From: Limisphaerales bacterium
GTDB lineage: Bacteria; Verrucomicrobiota; Verrucomicrobiia; Limisphaerales; SIBE01
Direction of reading: 5' to 3'
NCBI GenBank assembly: GCA_044225505.1
Contig: JBGAIN010000002.1
Span: 1-64,000 of the forward strand
DNA: 64,000 nucleotides
In this document: positions 18,433 through 27,056 of the stretch, in pieces
Numbering within the stretch: position 1 is the stretch's first letter
Layout: the number at the start of each line of letters is the position of its first letter
Program-made: the position numbers and the translations under genes
The notes under the pieces: model-generated
Told to the model about the DNA's origin: nothing
What the model saw: the letters and a program-made list of their open reading frames with translations, nothing else
Database searches by the model: none

Positions 18433-20205
18433 ATGAGCGCAAAAAAAGCCGCGAATGTCATCGTCAAGAAGAAGGTCACACCAACGCTTCCCAAGATTGT
18501 CTATGCGAATGCGTCCCCGAAGTCTGTGGGAGGTGTCTCGCTGTTCGAGGGGCAAGGACAAATCAACGCCCAGACCGTGGCGAATTTCACATCGGAACGC
18601 GACGTCATCGCCCGCGCAGTCAGCCGCTTGCGCGAGGCGGGATTCGAGATTTTGCAGGTCTCTCCATTAACGATCAATATTGCCGCTCCGGCGTCCACTT
18701 ACGAACGGGCTTTTAATACTAAGATTGTGGCCGAGGAACGTCCGGCGATTAAAGAAGAAGCCAAATCGGATACCGCGACATTTCTCGATTGCCCCGATAC
18801 CGATCTTCCTGGGTTGATCTCTACCGCTGGGACGTCGCTGAGCGACGTCATCGAAGGGGTGGCGATCGAAGAGCCTCGCTATTTCATGGCACCATCGATG
18901 TTCCCACCGCTGAAGAGTTATTGGCACTTCGATGTACCTGCGGGCATCTCATTGGGTTGCAATGCGGATCGAGCGCATCGAGGCGGAATCACCGGCAAGG
19001 GCATCAAGGTTGCCATGGTGGACAGCGGATGGTTCAAACACCCGTTCTTTGTCAACCGAGGTTACCGCGCGGCACCTGTCGTGCTCGGACCTGCGGCAGC
19101 CAATCCGCTCGCTGACGAAAGCGGTCACGGCACCGGAGAATCCGCCAATATCTTCTCCGTCGCCCCCGATGTCGAATTGCTGCCGGTCAAAATCAACTTC
19201 GTCAACTCGGCGGGTGCGTTCAATGCCGCGGTTGGCCTGGGGCCTCATATCATTACCTGTAGTTGGGGAAGCGATACCGGTACCAGCACCGTCTTGAGTG
19301 CCGCAGATCAGGTTCTCTCCGCAGCGATCGCCGCAGCTGTCGCCGCGGGCATCACCGTCATTTTCTCCGCAGGAAACGGCCATGTCGGATTTCCTGGGCA
19401 ACACCCTGACGTGATCTCCGCAGGCGGAGTTTACATGGACAAAGACGAATCGCTGCGCGCTTCCAACTATGCGAGCGGATTTATGAGTGTCATCTTTCCG
19501 AATCGGCGCGTTCCAGATGTCTCGGGGCTGGTGGGTCTGAAGCCGAGGGCCATGTCGATCATGCTCCCATTGCAGCCTTCGGACGATATCGACACAGGTA
19601 ATGCCAGCGGGACGCATCCGAATGGCGACGAAACCGCCAATAACGACGGTTGGGCCGCGTTCAGCGGCACATCGGCTGCGGCTCCACAACTCGCCGGAGC
19701 AGCCGCTCTTGTCAAGCAGGCGTGTCCAAAGCTCACGCCCGCGCAGATCAAATCGATCCTGATCAAAAGCGCTCGCGATGTGACGGCCGGCACATGCAAT
19801 GGAACGGCACTGAATCCCGGGGGCAATGCCGCGGGAGTTGGGCCCGACCTCGCTACCGGAGCTGGGCTCGTCGATGCACATAAAGCGGTGCTGATGGCCA
19901 AGGTGCAATGTCTTGGCCCGATCACGCCGATTACGATCCAACCTGTCCAACCCGTGCAGCCAATTACGCCCATCCAACCGATTCAGCCGGTGCAACCGAT
20001 CGTGCCGATTCAACCGGTGCAGCCCATCCAACCAATCCGACCGATCTCGCCTGTCATTTTGCCGCCTCCAGGCGGAGGTGTAGAGATGGAGACCGCGAAG
20101 GCGATGGAAACCACCAGCGTTCCCCAGTCTACCGGCACGCTCTCGCAGGAAGACGTCTCCGCACTGCAAGAGTTAATCGGGAAATCGGAATTTGAGATCG
20201 AATAA
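18433..20205 (+). CDS. S8 (subtilisin-family) serine peptidase with N-terminal propeptide and C-terminal Pro-[Ile/Val]-X repeat tail
   Basis: Triad motifs VAMVDSG (D 19021), GHGT (H 19126) and FSGTSAAAP (S 19672), plus oxyanion FSAGN. No hydrophobic signal peptide. Confidence 0.92.
   Translation: MSAKKAANVIVKKKVTPTLPKIVYANASPKSVGGVSLFEGQGQINAQTVANFTSERDVIARAVSRLREAGFEILQVSPLTINIAAPASTYERAFNTKIVAEERPAIKEEAKSDTATFLDCPDTDLPGLISTAGTSLSDVIEGVAIEEPRYFMAPSMFPPLKSYWHFDVPAGISLGCNADRAHRGGITGKGIKVAMVDSGWFKHPFFVNRGYRAAPVVLGPAAANPLADESGHGTGESANIFSVAPDVELLPVKINFVNSAGAFNAAVGLGPHIITCSWGSDTGTSTVLSAADQVLSAAIAAAVAAGITVIFSAGNGHVGFPGQHPDVISAGGVYMDKDESLRASNYASGFMSVIFPNRRVPDVSGLVGLKPRAMSIMLPLQPSDDIDTGNASGTHPNGDETANNDGWAAFSGTSAAAPQLAGAAALVKQACPKLTPAQIKSILIKSARDVTAGTCNGTALNPGGNAAGVGPDLATGAGLVDAHKAVLMAKVQCLGPITPITIQPVQPVQPITPIQPIQPVQPIVPIQPVQPIQPIRPISPVILPPPGGGVEMETAKAMETTSVPQSTGTLSQEDVSALQELIGKSEFEIE
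19918..20058 (+). repeat. Coding tripeptide repeat, 15 x P-[I/V]-X (X mostly Q/T)
   Basis: PIT PIT IQ PVQ PVQ PIT PIQ PIQ PVQ PIV PIQ PVQ PIQ PIR PIS PVI. Synonymous codons vary between units. Confidence 0.95.
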
Positions 20206-20209
20206 CTTC

Positions 20210-20279
20210 AAGGGGGACCCAAATGGGCCGTCGGCGTTCTGGACCCACAACGCAAAGACGCCGACGGCCTTATCCCCTT
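20210..20279 (+). terminator. Strong intergenic stem-loop (attenuator or mRNA stabiliser) between the S8 and rSAM genes
   Basis: Perfect 12-bp inverted repeat GGCCGTCGGCGT (20226-20237) / ACGCCGACGGCC (20258-20269), with outer AAGGGG/CCCCTT pairing. No U-tract. Confidence 0.6.
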
Positions 20280-20293
20280 CCCCAGTCGACGCC

Positions 20294-22228
20294 ATGAAAC
20301 GAGTCCTCCTCCTCAGCATGCCATTCGGAGCGCTGGAACGGCCAGCACTGGGCCTTAGCCTCCTCAAGCCGAGCATTGAAGACCTCGGCGCGCGATGTGA
20401 CGTGCGATATCTCTCATTCGCCTTCGCTGACCTAATCGGCGCCGAAGAGTATCTTTGGATCGGCTCGACCTTGCCGTACATCGCATTTGCAGGGGACTGG
20501 ACCTTTGCGGAAGCTCTCTACGGACCTCGGCCGGAAGAAGACGAGCGGTATGTCGACGAGGTGCTCCGGACCTTATGGCGCTTAAATCAGCCCGGCATCG
20601 ACCGCATTTTACGGGCACGGGCGCTGGTTCCTCAGTTCTTGGAATATTGCCTTGCGACCATTCGATGGCAGGACTACGCCATTGTTGGGTTCAGTTCGAC
20701 ATTCGAACAAAACCTGGCGTCACTCGCGCTCGCTCGTGAAATCAAAAGGGCTCACCCGCGGATCCAGATCGTCTTCGGCGGTGCGAATTGGGAAGGTGAA
20801 ATGGGACTGGAACTCCATCGCCAATTCGAGTTCGTCGATTTCGTCTGCTCGGGCGAGGCGGATCAGAGTTTTCCGAAACTGGTCGACGGCCTGCTGAATT
20901 CCCCAGAGGGACAAATGGCTCCAAAGCTGCCGCCGGGCGTTATCTATCGCGAATCTGGCGTGACCCAGTCTACAGGGCAAAGCTTGCCGATTCGAAACCT
21001 GGATGCGCTCCCGATTCCAGACTTCAGTGAGTACTTTCAAGCGTGGACGGAAAGCAGCGCGGCTTTGATCATGCCGCCGACGGTGCTCGTCGAGACCTCG
21101 CGTGGCTGCTGGTGGGGTGACAAATCTCATTGCACATTTTGCGGGTTAAACGGCGCGTCCATGACCTATCGCAGCAAGACCACTCCCCGTGCTTTGCGAG
21201 AGTTTCGTTGGCTCGCGGACCGGTGGCAAACCGACCGCATCGAGGTCGTCGACAACATTTTGGACATGCGCTATTTCAAAGACTTTTTCCCCGCTCTGGC
21301 TGAGGAGGAGAGAAGTTGGGAAATCTTTTATGAAGTCAAAGCCAACCTGACAAAGGGACAACTCGCACAATTGCGTGCCGCCGGGGTCACGCGTATTCAA
21401 CCGGGGATTGAGAGCCTCAGTGATCATATTCTCAAGTTGATGCGCAAGGGGACGACGGCGTTGCGGAATGTGCAGCTCTTAAAATGGTGCAAAGAGTATG
21501 GAATCGGCGTCGACTGGAATGTTCTCTATGGTTTTCCGGGCGAAACTGAGGAGGACTATTCGACCATGTTGGAACTGCTGAAAGCCATCGATTTTCTCCA
21601 ACCGCCCGTGGCCTGCGGTCCGATCCGTCTGGACCGATTTTCCCCATACTTCTCCTCGCCAGGCACATTTCAACTTTCGAACCTGCGCCCCATGGCGCCT
21701 TACCGCTATCTCTACCCATTCGAGCCAGCCAGCTTGATGAAGATCGCGTATCACTTTGATTTCGATTACCCTTCCGGTGTGAACCCCCGCCAATACGCCG
21801 CGAATGTCATTGAATGCGTGGAAAACTGGCGGAACCATCCCGAACCCGGATTGCTTTCCTCTGTGCCGCGATCCGACGGTGGGTTGCTGCTGCGCGATAC
21901 CCGTAATCGATCAATCCAAGAAGTGGTCCTCTCCGGGGCCGAACAGGCCGCTTACCTCTATTGCGATGAGACTCGCTCGTTGGAAAGTGTCCGCCAACAA
22001 CTTCAGCACGATTTCCCTGACCGGTCCACGGACGGTTTGGAAGCGTTCCTGAATTCGCTCGTAGCCAATCGCTTCATGGTGACAGATGGCCGCAATTACC
22101 TCAGTCTGGCCATACGCACTCGCCCTGTGGATCCAGGTTGGAACCCGCTCTTGGAGAGCAATCGCCTGCTTGGAGTCGGGGATTGGACCTTGGCTCCGGC
22201 AGCCGCCGCCCAGGGCTGCAGCGCGTAG
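20294..22228 (+). CDS. B12-dependent (class B) radical SAM C-methyltransferase, RiPP-maturation type (TIGR03975-like)
   Basis: MKRVLLLSMPFGALERPALGLSLLK start, B12-binding region (VGFSSTFEQN, GGANWEGEMG, SGEAD), ETSRGCWWGDKSHCTFCGLNG (Cx7Cx2C, 21107-21142), IQPGIESLS, WNVLYGFPGE, RLDRFSPYF, and a winged-helix/RRE-like C-terminus. Confidence 0.9.
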   Translation: MKRVLLLSMPFGALERPALGLSLLKPSIEDLGARCDVRYLSFAFADLIGAEEYLWIGSTLPYIAFAGDWTFAEALYGPRPEEDERYVDEVLRTLWRLNQPGIDRILRARALVPQFLEYCLATIRWQDYAIVGFSSTFEQNLASLALAREIKRAHPRIQIVFGGANWEGEMGLELHRQFEFVDFVCSGEADQSFPKLVDGLLNSPEGQMAPKLPPGVIYRESGVTQSTGQSLPIRNLDALPIPDFSEYFQAWTESSAALIMPPTVLVETSRGCWWGDKSHCTFCGLNGASMTYRSKTTPRALREFRWLADRWQTDRIEVVDNILDMRYFKDFFPALAEEERSWEIFYEVKANLTKGQLAQLRAAGVTRIQPGIESLSDHILKLMRKGTTALRNVQLLKWCKEYGIGVDWNVLYGFPGETEEDYSTMLELLKAIDFLQPPVACGPIRLDRFSPYFSSPGTFQLSNLRPMAPYRYLYPFEPASLMKIAYHFDFDYPSGVNPRQYAANVIECVENWRNHPEPGLLSSVPRSDGGLLLRDTRNRSIQEVVLSGAEQAAYLYCDETRSLESVRQQLQHDFPDRSTDGLEAFLNSLVANRFMVTDGRNYLSLAIRTRPVDPGWNPLLESNRLLGVGDWTLAPAAAAQGCSA

Positions 22229-22247
22229 AGGCCTGCAAATCGATACC

Positions 22248-22646
22248 ATGAATTCTGAACAAATCATTTCCAGCCAAATACTCCTCCGCTCAAAGACCGG
22301 CGCCGCCCCTGATTCACAAACGCGCATCACCGCTGCGAATCTCGAAGAGTGGACGCCGTCAGCAGAGGCCCAGGAGACAATCCGCGCTCGACTCCGAGCA
22401 TACGGCTTTGACGTTGGCCCAATCGTCGGCAACGGTTTGGCCATCACGGGATCCGCGCGGCTATTTGAGACAGTTTTTAAAGTGACATTGGAGCAAACTC
22501 CGACTCACGGTATTCAATTCAAAGAAGGTGCCCGCTCTGTTTACGAGCTGCCCACCAACAATATCCCCGGTGAACTTCGGAAGTTTGTCGCGGCTGTTAC
22601 GTTTACCCCGCCGCCAAACTTCGGACCCGGCAAGTTCTCCGGCTGA
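22248..22646 (+). CDS. Stand-alone peptidase propeptide/inhibitor-like protein (paralog of the S8 N-terminal domain)
   Basis: 132 aa. Aligns by eye with the S8 propeptide: RLRAYGFDV/RLREAGFEI, LAITGSARLFETVF/INIAAPASTYERAF, ITAANLEEWT/INAQTVANFT. Confidence 0.75.
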   Translation: MNSEQIISSQILLRSKTGAAPDSQTRITAANLEEWTPSAEAQETIRARLRAYGFDVGPIVGNGLAITGSARLFETVFKVTLEQTPTHGIQFKEGARSVYELPTNNIPGELRKFVAAVTFTPPPNFGPGKFSG

Positions 22647-22673
22647 AATTAGCGGCAACAAGACCCGTTCCTT

Positions 22674-23336
22674 ATGGTCACGGTCCAAGCCAGTCGTCCA
22701 CCGCTCGAGGCCGTCCCGATCACGCTGCGCGACTCACTACTCATGAGAAAGGGCGGGTATGAACTGCTTCGAAACCTCCCTGGTGCCGAGACACGATCCA
22801 GGCTCCTTGATGAAGCCTCGCGCCAACTCCCCGCAGCCAAAGCAAGCGAGGTCACCGCTCCGGATCACGAGGAATTTCGCGGTGGTCGTCCCGCGCGCCG
22901 CTTTTTGAGCGCAGGGGGTGGATTGGTTCAGACAGCGTTCTATCACGACCCGACGTTTATTGGTTTCCTGGAGAAGCTGTGCAACGGACCGGTCCGGCCG
23001 ACGGGCAATGCCGGAACGTATACCTACTACGCGCGACCGGATGACCACCTCGATCTTCACCGAGACATTCTCACTTGTGACCTCGCTGTGGTGACCTGCC
23101 TCCTGGACAAGCACAATCCGGCCAGCCGCGGAGGGCTGAGCGTTCTTTATCCAACCCGACAAGCGGAACGGCTCTCGGCCATCAGGACGAATCCTGGCTT
23201 CGGAGCGATCGAGATTCGGATGGGCGCAGGGCAAACGCTCGTGATGCTTGGAGGCCTCGTGCCACACGCGATCACACCGATTGAAGCGGGAGAACTTCGC
23301 ATCGTTTCGTTACTTTGTTACCGCGTCTTAAGCTGA
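22674..23336 (+). CDS. 2OG-Fe(II) oxygenase (prolyl-hydroxylase-like fold)
   Basis: YTYY...HLDLHRD (HxD 23058-23066), GG motif, distal His in LVPHAIT (23265) and Arg in ELRIVS (23298). Confidence 0.75.
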   Translation: MVTVQASRPPLEAVPITLRDSLLMRKGGYELLRNLPGAETRSRLLDEASRQLPAAKASEVTAPDHEEFRGGRPARRFLSAGGGLVQTAFYHDPTFIGFLEKLCNGPVRPTGNAGTYTYYARPDDHLDLHRDILTCDLAVVTCLLDKHNPASRGGLSVLYPTRQAERLSAIRTNPGFGAIEIRMGAGQTLVMLGGLVPHAITPIEAGELRIVSLLCYRVLS

Positions 23337-23846
23337 GTCGCCTCAAGGCATCGCGCGGGGCGGCCGCGCGTCTCGCGAGGGAAACCAGGAACGGATGCTG
23401 TGGTCAGCAACAGCTGGCCTTGTCCAAAACCGCAGTTCTGACCCGATGCACTCGGAAAACGCGCCGACGGGTCAGAGTCTACCAGAGGAAACTCTTGGCG
23501 TCTCTGCGTCCTTAGCGTGCGCCACCGATCCAAGTCCGATCTGGAGCTGGTACCGTCAAAAGAGCGATCTCCCGCCAAGCCGTGGAGTTGACGAAGAGTG
23601 CCGCTGGGCAGGAGCTCGCGCACGCTGCTTGCACCATCCTAAAAGCACAGCGTTTACCGCTTCAGTTCTCCTCGGCCAATCCGCTCAGCCAGTGCTGCTT
23701 CAAAATTGGACCGCACTTCCTCAAGGTCGGCCGTCCCTAACCTCCAACACCGGATTCCTTACACTCAAAAAGCAACTGCGAAAATCGTGTCCCGAAGAAC
23801 CGCCGCACAATCGCGGACGCCTCACTCATTTTAATCGCATTCGTTT

Positions 23847-26360
23847 TCACTGGGACTTCTCAAGACGATAAAACCGGGACTTCTTTGCTATTTCGATGAC
23901 GGCGTGAAATTGATTGTTGAGTAAGTTTACCACATTCGTCGAAGCGATCCACAAAGGCGAAGAGAGCGTATCAGCCTCCTTTAAACTAAACCCTTTGAAT
24001 ATGCCGGGCCAGGTGAGTTCGATCTTCCCCGCCACGCGTAGGAGGTTGAAAGAAGGACCTGCATCCGCAAGTGGATTTCGATACACCGCCACGAAGCCGT
24101 TGCCCAGGGCAGAGACCATGTCCGGCAGACCATCGTGATCCACATCGGCGGCTAGCATTTGCTCGCCACGCTTGCCACCCTTAACCGCGGATAGAGCGAG
24201 CTCAAAAGTCCCGTCCCCTTTTCCCCGAAAGCCAAGCATGCGGCTCGAGCCTTCCGAGACAGCGAGGTCAGGTTTGCCGTCCAGGTCAACGTCCGCCACG
24301 ACGACCCCGCTTATGAGATTCTCGGTCAAGCCGAGTGCCTCGGGCACAGCGAATGTTCCGTCTCCGTTCCCAAGGAAAATCTCAACGTCCCAACCGAATT
24401 GTTGAAGTGCAATCGCGAAGTCCAGCTTGCCGTCGCCGTTGAAGTCCGCCCTCGCAATGGAATTTGGAGCGACATTGGTACGCAAAGTCTGCGGCGGTCG
24501 AAACGTTCCATCTCCGTTGCCCAAGGCGACCTTCACTCCGCCGTCTAACGCACCGAATTTGCCTTGATAAATGACTACGATGTCTAGTTTGCCGTCACCG
24601 TTCATATCGCCTGACACAATTCCATTGGGCGTAAGGCCGATAGGCACCGACGGCTGTGCGCTCAAACCACCCTTGCCATCGCCCAGCAAAACAGCCACCT
24701 CGCCCGTAGCGGGGTTTGCCACCAGGAGATCGGGCGCTTTGTCGGCATTCACGAACGCCGGCGTGCAAAAGAAAGTGAAGAGGGCTTGATCCCCTGGCAG
24801 ATTGATTTGGGTTGAGGACGTAAAAGTGCCATCGCCGTTACCGAGCGCGACGACGACGTGCGGCTTTTGCGCGACACCGTCCCCGTCCAGTGTGAAAACG
24901 AGGTCCTGCTTGTTGTCACCGTTCCAGTCCCCCGTAGCCACGCGCGACCCGGCGTGCCCCGGTATCGCCACTGGCGGGCCGAACCTGCCACCGCCGAGTC
25001 CTTTCAAGAGCACTGCTCCTCCATCGATATAACCGGAGCTGTTCGCGACGACGAGGTCAGGGACGCCGTCGCCAGTAAAGTCAGCGACCGCTGTGTCGGC
25101 GGCGCCGCCGGCCGCGTAGAGCTCCGGCGCCTGGAAAGTGCCATCGCCATTGCCAATCAACCGGGCGCCACCACCTTCGCCATTTGAAACCTCGACATCT
25201 AAGAACCGGTCGTGGTTGAGATCCGTTATCTCTATCTGGTCGGCCGGGCCATCGATTGGATAATGATGGGGCGGACGTAGCGCGCCATCCCCATTGCCTA
25301 AAAAAACGCTTACGACCTGACTTTGGGAACTGGCCACGACAATATCCGGTTTCGAGTCGCCGTTTAGATCGCCGACTCTTGCGACGTCCAGCTTCATGTC
25401 GGCACCGATTGGGAGCTTGACCGCTGGCGCGAAAGTGCCATCCCCTCGACCGAACAGGATCGAACCATTTGTAACGATATCATCATGGTCATCGACGTCC
25501 GGGTTGAGATCGACAACGTCCAGGGAATCCGCGGTTTGCGTCTGAATCACCGCGGGCGGTTGGAAAGTGCCATCGCCATTCCCAAGACGAAGCAGGAGTT
25601 GGTGCCCAGAAGTATAGGGTGTGTCCGCGATGACTAGGTCAAGTTTTCCGTCCTCATTGAAATCGCCGCTCCCAAGATCACGAGGCACTTTGCCCGCCGC
25701 GATCGAGATAGGCGCCTGGAAGGTGCCGTCGCCGTTCCCAAGCAAAAGTGAAACATCACCGCCCACGTAATCATTTCCGGTTAGCTTGCCGAGATTCACG
25801 GTGAGCAGGTCCACTTTCCCGTCCCCGTTCATGTCAGCCGTCCGAATCATCACAGGATTGATCCCGGCCGCAAACGTGACCGGCGCTAAGAAATTAATGC
25901 CGACCGCTCGTACGACTGTCACAGCGTTCTCTCCGTCCAACACGAGAACGAGATCCTTCTGACCGTCGCCATCAAGATCCCGAAACAGTACGTGGTTCAC
26001 GGCATGATCGAAGGCAACAGTTGACGAAAGGATGGACTCTTGCAAAGCATCGTGCTCTGACGACACTCCGAGGCCGCGCAACTCGATTGACCTTTTCTGC
26101 GGAACAGCTTCGTTGGCCTTTTGACAAATGATCGAGAGGTCCTCGTCCGTTGTAATGATAAAGGTTTTTGGTTTCGGACTCTCTCTTGTGAGCGTCCAAG
26201 TGCTCACCACTCTGCCGTTGACGAAGCCTCCCGATCCAAAATCAACTCCGATCTTCCATCCATCACACTCGGGACCGTGAGTCTCGTCACTATCTTGGCG
26301 GTCGCAGCCGACGAATGTCCAGGCGATGACAAGAGAGCAGACGAACCATCGCAGTCGCAT
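23847..26360 (-). CDS. FG-GAP/VCBS repeat protein, probable lipoprotein, with C-terminal '...FYRL' domain
   Basis: More than 10 DxNGDGKxD / LGNGDGTF repeats. N-terminus MRLRWFVCSLVIAWTFVGC is lipobox-like. C-terminus IELTWP...FSLKEADTL...W...RFYRLEK. Start uncertain (26360 or 26423). Confidence 0.85.
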   Translation of the reverse strand: MRLRWFVCSLVIAWTFVGCDRQDSDETHGPECDGWKIGVDFGSGGFVNGRVVSTWTLTRESPKPKTFIITTDEDLSIICQKANEAVPQKRSIELRGLGVSSEHDALQESILSSTVAFDHAVNHVLFRDLDGDGQKDLVLVLDGENAVTVVRAVGINFLAPVTFAAGINPVMIRTADMNGDGKVDLLTVNLGKLTGNDYVGGDVSLLLGNGDGTFQAPISIAAGKVPRDLGSGDFNEDGKLDLVIADTPYTSGHQLLLRLGNGDGTFQPPAVIQTQTADSLDVVDLNPDVDDHDDIVTNGSILFGRGDGTFAPAVKLPIGADMKLDVARVGDLNGDSKPDIVVASSQSQVVSVFLGNGDGALRPPHHYPIDGPADQIEITDLNHDRFLDVEVSNGEGGGARLIGNGDGTFQAPELYAAGGAADTAVADFTGDGVPDLVVANSSGYIDGGAVLLKGLGGGRFGPPVAIPGHAGSRVATGDWNGDNKQDLVFTLDGDGVAQKPHVVVALGNGDGTFTSSTQINLPGDQALFTFFCTPAFVNADKAPDLLVANPATGEVAVLLGDGKGGLSAQPSVPIGLTPNGIVSGDMNGDGKLDIVVIYQGKFGALDGGVKVALGNGDGTFRPPQTLRTNVAPNSIARADFNGDGKLDFAIALQQFGWDVEIFLGNGDGTFAVPEALGLTENLISGVVVADVDLDGKPDLAVSEGSSRMLGFRGKGDGTFELALSAVKGGKRGEQMLAADVDHDGLPDMVSALGNGFVAVYRNPLADAGPSFNLLRVAGKIELTWPGIFKGFSLKEADTLSSPLWIASTNVVNLLNNQFHAVIEIAKKSRFYRLEKSQ

Positions 26361-26583
26361 GCACCGCGTCTTGGTCCATTCCTGAATTCTTAAGTCGCAG
26401 CAAGATGGAAAGGTGCTTCTCATGGCGCGAAAGGATGGTCCGTTAGGGGATTTGTTCAAATGCGAAATCGATCGCTCACAACAATACAATGAATCGAGTG
26501 CGCGGTGCTTACCAGACGAGATAGCTGAGAGAGCCATCTTTTTGTGTCCTAACATCTCGAACTGACCCGTCAAAAGAGCAGCG

Positions 26584-26889
26584 TCAGCTTTCGGTCCGAC
26601 ACGACGGATAGCAATCTCGGGAAGACTTGAGTCGTACCATCTCGAACTGCCGAAGTCCTCGAGCTCCTGGGTCGCCGAAACAAGTCGTTTTGGTGATGAT
26701 CTCGTGATAGTCCACCCATTCCCAGTCTCGCGGGCCCTCCTTCACCAGCGACGCATGAAGGTTATCGCTCCAAAACGTGTTCATCCACCCATTGCGCCGG
26801 TTGTAGGCCCGAGCGAACTCGTCGGCCGCGTTCCGCATCAAGCCGCTAATCCGGGGCCGTCCTCTCGACTCCGCTAGAGCTCGATTCAA
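26584..26889 (-). pseudogene. Remnant of a REP-associated/IS200-like tyrosine (HUH) transposase
   Basis: ISGLMRNAADEFARAYNRRNG...FWSDNLHASLV...PRDWEWVDYHEI resembles the RAYT C-terminal half. The HUH motif and catalytic-Tyr segment are missing. Confidence 0.6.
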
Positions 26890-27056
26890 CAGCGGGGCTT
26901 ACCAGCAACGTCTCTTGTGGAAGCCGACCGCTCGCGCCTTTTCGCCGAGCGAGTGGATCCCCTCCAGTTAAAGCGCTCGCTGCCTGAGAGAATTGTTACT
27001 GCCCGCAGCAGGGACGTGCGGCCATTGGACCTGCAAAACGTTCCGGTCGACAAAAA

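Noticed and set aside
18949..20169. 406-aa minus-strand ORF with LHRLNR repeats
   Set aside because: Antisense reflection of the S8 gene and its PIQ repeat.
23395..23871. Plus-strand ORF downstream of the oxygenase as a possible RiPP precursor
   Set aside because: No RBS, leader or core-like pattern; random-looking composition; overlaps the convergent gene end.
23553..26579. 13-bp direct repeat CCGTCAAAAGAGC (23553-23565 and 26567-26579) flanking the FG-GAP gene
   Set aside because: 13-mer matches are expected by chance in 64 kb, and there is no integrase or terminal inverted repeat.
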